Source: a virus (taxonomy: Duplodnaviria > Caudoviricetes). From it: 64,000 bases of DNA. Location: positions 32,001 to 96,000 of IMG/VR virus record IMGVR_UViG_3300006169_000009; one strand, 5' to 3'. Below the pieces are notes generated by a model, which was not told the origin of the DNA, ran no database searches, and worked only from the letters and a program-made list of their open reading frames with translations. Positions 57,899 to 64,000 of the stretch are shown here, piece after piece (positions within the stretch are counted from its first letter, which is position 1; every line of letters starts with the position of its first letter). A program made the position numbers and the translations under genes.

Positions 57899-59363
57899 CG
57901 ACTACATGCCCTTCTACGATGTCCTCGGCCATGGGGTCGGCCTCTACTGGTCCCGGCAGGGCCTGGGCTCGCTCGGAGGCTCCGGCACCGAACATGCGCG
58001 AGAGCATGCCGGGCTCACCTCCTCCGCCTGCAGGGCCACTGCCACGCCCTGTGATCGAGATCGACCATCCCTCCTGCTCCATCTCGTGCTTGGCCTTCAT
58101 CATCTTGTTCAGCCGGTCGATCTCGGTGGAGAGGTTCGGGTCGGCGTATCCGCCCTCCAGTTCTTCCGCAAACCGCATGAAGTAGACACGCTGGGTCTGC
58201 ATCTCGATGAGCCCGTTGTGCATGTCGATGAAGTCCTGCTTGGTCCGAAGCGTGACCGGGATGTTGTACGCACAGTTAGCATCTTCCTGGAACTCGGGGC
58301 ACTTCGAGGACAGGAAGCAGGAGTTGCACATGCGCTGGGAGTCGCTGCGGATGTTGACCTTGTTGGTCTCGACAGTCTCTCCGTCGACCTCTTCCTCTGT
58401 CCTGGTGACCCCCAGGATCGGCAGCGTCTTGCTCGGCTCACGGGTATTTCGAGTTGCCAGGCTCTTCCGCGTTTCGTCCGAAGGGTTATCAACTGCCTCC
58501 CCCTCGGATTCCGCGTTCTCCGCTGTCAGCGAAACCTGGGGGTTAGCAACTCGACCCTGTCGCTTTTCGATGTCTTCGACCAACTTGCCCCAACTCCACG
58601 CTGAGAGCCTCAGCACCTCGGTCGGGTCGTCGTTCTCGATCTTGACGTGGTCGAACCCGTTGCGCTCGAACAGCGTGCGGTGCTGCTTACGGGCACGCTC
58701 CTTGTAGTCCTTGGGGTAGCGCTTCAACTCCCGGCCAGTCCAGATGATGGTGTCCCCATATCGCTGCGGAGAAAGCCACGAGGTGCTGCTCACGGAGTTC
58801 CACTTGATGGCCGACATCTCATCGACCTTAGTCATCGCTACGCCGTGCAGATGACAATCGAGCGAATTGAGATGGGGTGCCAGATTACGCCCTCCGATAG
58901 CCGTAGCGAGAACACCGACGTTGAGATACTTCTCGGACAGTTCCCGAAGTGCATCGAGTCCCCACTCGGGATGCCACAGTGGCATGAACTTGTCTCGTGG
59001 CAGGTCATCGTAGAAGTCCTCTCGCTGGTTTTCGATCCACTCCCGGCCCAGGCTGAGGGCATCGAACTCAGTGACCATCTCGACAGTGTCGATGTTGGCG
59101 GCCACAAAGGTCTGGTAGGCGTCCGAGATCGCCAGCAGGTCGGCTTGGCTGTACTTGTCGTCCTCGTCCTTGTTCACGGTGTAGGCACCAGAGTCGATGA
59201 GGATGTTGGTTCCGTCAGGGAACTTCTCAGCGACCTTCCACCCAGCCGTGTTCTTGACACGCCGCTGCAGCCCGATGAACGACAGCGCCACATTGGTGAC
59301 ATCGATCTCGCGCAGCACCTTGCGATGGCTGGGGACCTCAGCCCCGGCGTAGTACAGCCTCAC
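57891..59363 (-). CDS. TGT (queuine tRNA-ribosyltransferase / DpdA)-like barrel fused to a Cys4 and helical domain
   Basis: LYYAG, ILIDSGAYT, EFD, PLWH, HLHG, SVSSTSW..YG; then CNSC....C.......C. Confidence 0.65.
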   Translation of the reverse strand: MRLYYAGAEVPSHRKVLREIDVTNVALSFIGLQRRVKNTAGWKVAEKFPDGTNILIDSGAYTVNKDEDDKYSQADLLAISDAYQTFVAANIDTVEMVTEFDALSLGREWIENQREDFYDDLPRDKFMPLWHPEWGLDALRELSEKYLNVGVLATAIGGRNLAPHLNSLDCHLHGVAMTKVDEMSAIKWNSVSSTSWLSPQRYGDTIIWTGRELKRYPKDYKERARKQHRTLFERNGFDHVKIENDDPTEVLRLSAWSWGKLVEDIEKRQGRVANPQVSLTAENAESEGEAVDNPSDETRKSLATRNTREPSKTLPILGVTRTEEEVDGETVETNKVNIRSDSQRMCNSCFLSSKCPEFQEDANCAYNIPVTLRTKQDFIDMHNGLIEMQTQRVYFMRFAEELEGGYADPNLSTEIDRLNKMMKAKHEMEQEGWSISITGRGSGPAGGGGEPGMLSRMFGAGASERAQALPGPVEADPMAEDIVEGHVVGE

Positions 59364-59851
59364 TCTGGCTCCTCGCTCAGGCGGTTGTCCCCGACCCGCA
59401 AGGCGGTCTGGTAGTCCACGGTGGCCCGCAACTGGTCCCAGGGCTTGGCTTCTCGCTCAGCGTCAGGGCGGAAGTCGGGGTGGCTGTACTGAGGGCTCAG
59501 GAACAGCAGCACCGGCACGCCCTGGTCCATGAGGTGTGCGGCGATCTCGGGGTCCGGCTCGACCACGAACTCTACGTTGGCTCCGATGGCTCGTACGCGT
59601 GCGATCTGAGCCAGCCTGCGCTCTGCCAGCGTGGCTCCCTCAGTGACCCGCAGTGGGTAGATGTCGGGGTCGGGGATGAGGTTGTTGGCCTTCAGGAACC
59701 ACTCGTCGCGCTCCTTGTCTGTGGTACCCAGGATGGCCGTGCGAATGCCTGGGGACACTGCGCGGAAGAGGGAGATCCCCTGACGGATGATCGTTTCGGT
59801 GTTCGGCTTGCGGATGACCCCGTCGAGCACGAACACACCGGTTGGACTCAT
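59360..59851 (-). CDS. HAD-like protein (degenerate motif I)
   Basis: VFVLDGVI; WFLKAN; FVVEPDP. Confidence 0.5.
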   Translation of the reverse strand: MSPTGVFVLDGVIRKPNTETIIRQGISLFRAVSPGIRTAILGTTDKERDEWFLKANNLIPDPDIYPLRVTEGATLAERRLAQIARVRAIGANVEFVVEPDPEIAAHLMDQGVPVLLFLSPQYSHPDFRPDAEREAKPWDQLRATVDYQTALRVGDNRLSEEPE

Positions 59852-59892
59852 GGCCCTATCCTAGAGCAGGGGCATGAAAGGTGTCTACGCCC

Positions 59893-60399
59893 ATGTTCGG
59901 TGACTTGTTCGGAGGCCTCCCCCTCCACCCGCTCGTTGTCCACGCTGTGGTGATCTTCCTCATCGCCGCAAGCCTGGGCGTGGTCGTGCTGGCTGTGCGT
60001 CCCTCTCTGCGCCATCGCTACGACTTCCTGCTCGGCCTGGTAGCCGTGGCCGGTGTGCTGTTCACCTGGCTGGCCGTGGAGAGCGGCAACGTGCTGACGC
60101 AAGTACCAGGACTGGGGCGTACGGCGCATGCCGAGGGTGGCACGCTGCTGTTCATCATCACGATTCCGTGGGCTGTGCTGGTGCTGGCGATGGTCATCCT
60201 GGACCACTGGTGGATGGTCGACAAGAACAAGCACGGGACGCTCTACCGTAAGGCTCACCTGTCCCAGCCGTGGTGGCTCACTGCCATCTGTGTGCTGGCT
60301 GTGCTCGCCTCGGTGCTCGTGATGGTGCAGACCGGAATCGTGGGTCACAGCGGAGCCGTAGCATCGTGGGGAGATGTCAACGTAGCCCCGTACGAGTGA
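59893..60399 (+). CDS. DUF2231-type membrane protein
   Basis: GLPLHPLVVH...AVESG...HAEGG...GHSGA..W; four transmembrane segments. Confidence 0.75.
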   Translation: MFGDLFGGLPLHPLVVHAVVIFLIAASLGVVVLAVRPSLRHRYDFLLGLVAVAGVLFTWLAVESGNVLTQVPGLGRTAHAEGGTLLFIITIPWAVLVLAMVILDHWWMVDKNKHGTLYRKAHLSQPWWLTAICVLAVLASVLVMVQTGIVGHSGAVASWGDVNVAPYE

Positions 60400-60433
60400 T
60401 CATCAGTACCTCAACCCCACCCGAGGTTGCGGT

Positions 60434-60778
60434 TCACTCGTTTCCCCACCAGTTCACGTCGAAGTGTGTGTCTCCTCGCTGCTTGGCCGCTGCCAGCCGG
60501 TGATGTCCCTCACCGATGTAGACCTTGCCTTCGTGTTCTACCAACTCAGGCCGCTCATCACCGTACATCGGCACACCCCCAGGAGCCTTGTAGCCTCCCG
60601 AAGCGTAGTCGTCCACCCGGTTCTTGAAGATGTTGCCTTGGCCGGTGTGCAGTTCAATGTCAGCAGAGACACTGCGCCGGGTTGGGGTGCCTCGGCGTGC
60701 GGCGTTGGCCTGTGAGTGTGCCTCGCTGGTAGTCAACTTCCAGCCGAACTGCAGCGGGCTCAGCAGGTTGCGGTTCAC
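60434..60778 (-). CDS. ParB/Srx-like domain protein
   Basis: LHTGQ...YIGEGHHRLAAA..RG; GTG start MNRNLLSPLQF. Confidence 0.75.
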   Translation of the reverse strand: MNRNLLSPLQFGWKLTTSEAHSQANAARRGTPTRRSVSADIELHTGQGNIFKNRVDDYASGGYKAPGGVPMYGDERPELVEHEGKVYIGEGHHRLAAAKQRGDTHFDVNWWGNE

Positions 60779-60788
60779 GCCCCTCGCC

Positions 60789-61331
60789 TCATGGCAGTTG
60801 GATGTGGTCACCGATATGGATCGTGTACGGCGGGTGCAAGCCGTTGATGCGGGCCAGGTTCTCCCAGGTCGTGTCGTTGAGCGCCGCGATCTTGCTCAGC
60901 GTGTCCCCCGAGACCACGACATGGGTCTTCGGAGGCGGAGGGAACAGTTCAGGCAGGTACGCCTTGAACGCCCCGTTGTTGAACGTCGACCAGGCGGTGA
61001 AGCCGTTGCCGAAGACCTCCTGGCGGTGCAGGAAGATCTCTCGGGCCGACTTGGCGGCGAAGTCGGGGTCGAGCAATCGGAAGGCGTCTCGGGTCTGACC
61101 GGTTCGGAAGTGCTCACGCAGCGAGCGGATCTGCCAGAAGCCGTAGGAGTAGCCCCACTTGTCGTTGGCCAGCGCCTGGTCGCCCACCATGTCGGCGTCT
61201 GCGAAGGTCTGGCCGTCCACCTCCACGGGGGCCTCGCAGAGCGCGAGCGCGCCCATGATCTTGGCCTGGCGGGGTCCGAAACCGTTGACCCTGGCCAGCC
61301 GCTGTACCTGGAACTGGGTAAAGAGGTTCAT
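60789..61331 (-). CDS. Lysozyme-like transglycosylase with LysM domain
   Basis: ALALCE, SYGFWQI, LLDP..AA, GFTAWSTF; C-terminal HVVVSGDTLSKIA....WENLARIN...IHIGDHIQLP. Confidence 0.85.
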   Translation of the reverse strand: MNLFTQFQVQRLARVNGFGPRQAKIMGALALCEAPVEVDGQTFADADMVGDQALANDKWGYSYGFWQIRSLREHFRTGQTRDAFRLLDPDFAAKSAREIFLHRQEVFGNGFTAWSTFNNGAFKAYLPELFPPPPKTHVVVSGDTLSKIAALNDTTWENLARINGLHPPYTIHIGDHIQLP

Positions 61332-61357
61332 GTGCCCAGTGTAGTGGCCCTGACACC

Positions 61358-61390
61358 AAGAAGCCCCAGCCCCGGGAACTGGAGGCTGGG
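61358..61390 (-). terminator. Intrinsic terminator-like hairpin
   Basis: CCCAGCCTC-CAGTTCCC-GGGGCTGGG followed by GCTTCTT. Confidence 0.5.
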
Positions 61391-61481
61391 ACTGCTCGGA
61401 GATGGCGGATCACCCCCTCAGGTCAGGCTCGGAGCGGATATCTCGAATCCCCATCTTCACCTCCCCTGCGGGCGTGTGTCT

Positions 61482-62144
61482 CTAGGTTATCCTCCCGAAG
61501 CGGTTCTTCATGTGCTCCATGCCAGGCAGCATCGGGTCCTTGGTGCGCAAGGCTGCCAGCGGAGCACCTACCGCGTCTCCGCGCTCCATGGATCTAGCGA
61601 GATCCTCCTTGGCGGCCTGCCTGCGCATCTGCCCGTTCCAGTGGTCACCCTCGTGTGAGTACTTGTGCCCGAACTGCACGCTCAGGTTGGTCGGGTGGTT
61701 GGCGTCCTCGTTCTCCCGGAACAACCCTGTGTGCTGGACGTGGTTGTTCCAGTTGACCTCGGGGAAGGTCCCCTGCCTTCCCGGCATGATGTCGTGGCGC
61801 TGGGCTACGTCGAAGTGAGGGGCCTTGACCTCGCCGGGGATGGACTTGTCGTGTCCCGGTGACTGCGCCTCGTTCTGGTGTACGGCGTACACACGGGCTC
61901 GCGGGTTCCAGTCGTGCTCGTTGGAGGTGTGAACCACTCTGTCGTGTGCGAAGTTCCATGCCCGCTCCTCGTCAGGCACTGCCCAGGCGTGCTTGTTCGC
62001 GGCCTCCCCACGACTCTGACCAGTGCTTCCCCAGTACGATCCCTTGCCGTGCTCCGAGGCAGGCAGCACCTTTCCTCCCTCCACATCCATGGCGGTGCCG
62101 TGGTAGAGGAACTGCTGGGAGTTCAGGTGGTCACTAGCGCTCAT
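61482..62144 (-). CDS. ADP-ribosyltransferase (Arr-like), paralog of 11889..12650
   Basis: LYHGT, AWAV...AWNFA, RVYAV, GEV; shared D(I/V)MPGRQGT.P.VNWN and ED.NHP. Confidence 0.6.
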   Translation of the reverse strand: MSASDHLNSQQFLYHGTAMDVEGGKVLPASEHGKGSYWGSTGQSRGEAANKHAWAVPDEERAWNFAHDRVVHTSNEHDWNPRARVYAVHQNEAQSPGHDKSIPGEVKAPHFDVAQRHDIMPGRQGTFPEVNWNNHVQHTGLFRENEDANHPTNLSVQFGHKYSHEGDHWNGQMRRQAAKEDLARSMERGDAVGAPLAALRTKDPMLPGMEHMKNRFGRIT

Positions 62145-62562
62145 GTCCCCAGCCTCCTTCCACCACGTTGGCCTGGAACTGACGGCCCTGCAGCATCGCC
62201 GCAGCAGCGCGATGATGGCCGCTTAGAAGCAGGTTTGTTCCATCATCCCTACGGTAAACCACAGGATGTTCGTTACCTGCGAGATGTTGGTCGGCATAGA
62301 CCTTGCCCGGGTTCTCCATGTAGTGCTTGACCCCGGCTCGGGTGATCTGGCCCTGGGTGGCCTTCAGGTCCCGAGGATCCACGTCCTGCATGGATGGGCT
62401 CTTGATCGCGTCCAGCACCTTCTGCTTCTCGTAGTCGTGGCGCTTGGTGCTGCGCGTGGCCTGTCCCCAGGGGGTGCTCGTGGTTGGTGCCTCGTCCGGG
62501 AAGAGGATGTTGAGGTCGTGCTTCCCGTGCAGGTACTTGAACTGCGGGCCGAACCTATCCAT
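62134..62562 (-). CDS. ParB/Srx-like domain protein
   Basis: DLKATQ...GVKHY...PVVY...LLSGHHRAAAAMLQG. Confidence 0.75.
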   Translation of the reverse strand: MDRFGPQFKYLHGKHDLNILFPDEAPTTSTPWGQATRSTKRHDYEKQKVLDAIKSPSMQDVDPRDLKATQGQITRAGVKHYMENPGKVYADQHLAGNEHPVVYRRDDGTNLLLSGHHRAAAAMLQGRQFQANVVEGGWGHER

Positions 62563-62861
62563 CAGTCCTCCCGCAGATCGAACACAGGCTGCTGACCCTC
62601 GTGGACGGCGACGATGTTCTCTGGGGGAACGTGACCCATAACAAAGATCCCCTTGCCGGGGTGATTTCCGTGGACCTGATGCTGGATGTGCTCCTGGCCG
62701 ACCTTCATCTCCAGCACGTGTGAACCGAAGCCCTCGGCGTCTTGGAAGCGCGAAGATGTCATCCCTCGGGTGAGACCCTTCTCCTGGATCCCCGCGAGGT
62801 TTCGCTTCTGGGTGCCGTGGTACAGCGTGAACTGCGGTCCCAGGTGCTCAGTAGCGCTCAC
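62562..62861 (-). CDS. Minimal ART / Tpt1-like NAD-dependent protein
   Basis: LYHGT....GIQEKGL..MTS....A..FG..VLE...GHVPPENI. Confidence 0.65.
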   Translation of the reverse strand: MSATEHLGPQFTLYHGTQKRNLAGIQEKGLTRGMTSSRFQDAEGFGSHVLEMKVGQEHIQHQVHGNHPGKGIFVMGHVPPENIVAVHEGQQPVFDLRED

Positions 62862-63247
62862 GTCATCCTCCTGATCTCCTTATGCGCCCGCAGGGTGGCG
62901 TCAGCATTCTCCTGGTACCGAACCGGAACCGGATCGATACCCAGTTCATGAGCCACAATGGCACGGTGATGGCCGTCTTCAATGTAGAAGTGCGATCCTC
63001 TCTTACTCAGAAGCACTGACCCAGGAAACCCTTCAGACTTGACCTTGTTCTTCAAGTTGTCCAAGTACTGCGAGGCTCCTCCCGCATCACGATGTCGCTG
63101 ATCGAACCCCGCTTCTCCCGACACCAATGACTTACGCAACCTTGGAACGCTGGCCTCATGCTCTCCACCACTGTGAAGACGCCGAAACTGTTCAAGAGGC
63201 ATGCTCTCGTGCTTCCACTGTGCTCCCAGGTGCTCAGGTGCGCTCAC
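62858..63247 (-). CDS. ParB/Srx-like domain protein
   Basis: LKNKVKSEGF..SVLL....IEDGHHRAIVAHELGIDPVPV. Confidence 0.8.
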   Translation of the reverse strand: MSAPEHLGAQWKHESMPLEQFRRLHSGGEHEASVPRLRKSLVSGEAGFDQRHRDAGGASQYLDNLKNKVKSEGFPGSVLLSKRGSHFYIEDGHHRAIVAHELGIDPVPVRYQENADATLRAHKEIRRMT

Positions 63248-63395
63248 GTCGACTCCTGATCTCCTCTAGCCCCGGTCGATACAAGGGCATCTTTACCTCA
63301 GGATGCGGCTCGGCCTCTTCTTCGTCAAGACGAGCAGCAGTTCCCATCATGTTCGTGCGTACGTCCCAGTGCGGACGACCAATCTCAGTAGCCAT
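63234..63395 (-). CDS. 53-aa hypothetical protein (not in the ORF track)
   Basis: MATEIGRPHW...; overlaps both neighbouring genes. Confidence 0.45.
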   Translation of the reverse strand: MATEIGRPHWDVRTNMMGTAARLDEEEAEPHPEVKMPLYRPGLEEIRSRRERT

Positions 63396-64000
63396 ACGGG
63401 CCTCCACGATGGACCAGGGCGGCCTGTCTCAGGGCCTCCGGGGCTCCCAGCAGGGGATGACCGTACAAGGCCGTCTCCGCCTGCTCACGGGCCGCTCCCT
63501 TGGCCTTGGCGATGCCTGCCAGGGCCTGGATAGTGCCGAAGCGCTTGTGCGCCTGCCACCTAAAGTTGTAGAAATCGCCATAACCCTGCCCAGAGGGTGC
63601 GAAGGCCTGCTTGCGGCCCAGGTGAATGTCATCGAACATGGTCTTGGCCTGGGTCGACAGCGCGTTGACCTTCGTCACAGCATTCAGCCAGCCCGGCGTA
63701 CCCTCATTCGCCACGGAAAGGGCGTTGGCCGCAGAGTTGTATTCGTCCAAGATTCGCTGCGCACTCTGGCGCTCATTCGCCACGTAATCCCAGTACTCAG
63801 CCGGGTGAGATTCCTCTGGGTTCTCCCCGAGGATTGGTGGCCGAACCGTCCAGCCGTCGTGGGTGAGATCGTAGGCGGCGTAGGGCTTGATGTCGCGGAT
63901 GTCGGTGCTGTGGGGGTTGACGTAGAACGTCACCTCGAAGGCTCCCGGCACCGGCTCAGCGTTGCTGGGGAACTTCACCGCTGCGGTCTGGGGCCACAGT
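63385..64000 (-). CDS. Nucleotidyltransferase-like protein, C-terminal part (start lies outside the window)
   Basis: EVTFYV, AAYDL...W, DIH..RKQAF...G.G..D..NF..Q..KRFG pattern of phage PolB-type NTases; catalytic N-terminus not visible. Confidence 0.5.
   Translation of the reverse strand, partial: LWPQTAAVKFPSNAEPVPGAFEVTFYVNPHSTDIRDIKPYAAYDLTHDGWTVRPPILGENPEESHPAEYWDYVANERQSAQRILDEYNSAANALSVANEGTPGWLNAVTKVNALSTQAKTMFDDIHLGRKQAFAPSGQGYGDFYNFRWQAHKRFGTIQALAGIAKAKGAAREQAETALYGHPLLGAPEALRQAALVHRGGPYGY

Noticed and set aside
1-64000. Integrated prophage, host chromosome or IS elements
   Set aside because: No integrase, transposase, att-like junction or host housekeeping block in the window; the content is continuous phage-type sequence. 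Lifestyle cannot be settled from this window alone.

Overview
A 64-kb segment of a large, GC-rich, contractile-tailed (myovirus) actinobacteriophage, similar in organisation to cluster-C-type mycobacteriophages. Almost everything is encoded on the minus strand. 1-21.2 kb is the virion module: tape measure with an M23 peptidase (partial), tail chaperone with a probable +1 frameshift, tube, sheath, neck proteins, N4-gp56-type capsid, scaffold, portal, an ADP-ribosyltransferase, a 1239-aa GDPD/Trp-repeat fibre-like protein and the large terminase. 21-28 kb holds accessory genes (PC4-like, KTSC, MazG-like, Tat-exported GH26-like, metallophosphoesterase). 28.4-32.1 kb is an RNA operon with 25 tRNAs covering all 20 amino acids. 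32-57 kb holds many small putative early genes behind sigma70-type, often leaderless promoters (HAD nucleotidase, WhiB, DUF6011, rIIA/rIIB). 57-64 kb contains an HNH gene, a phased GATTC array, a TGT-barrel protein, a LysM muramidase, a ParB-like/ART gene array and a nucleotidyltransferase-like gene. The most unusual observations are: (1) the tRNA operon is built like an rRNA operon, with a strong promoter, an actinobacterial rrn boxA and a perfect 17-bp leader/trailer stalk enclosing about 3.5 kb; (2) it ends in a 78-nt mini-tmRNA that has only the tRNA-like domain; (3) several non-tRNA structured RNAs sit between the tRNAs; (4) a set of ParB-like and ADP-ribosyltransferase proteins share a short L-x(2-3)-QF terminal tag that may be a capsid-packaging signal. 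All calls were made by eye from motifs; no database searches or folding programs were run.
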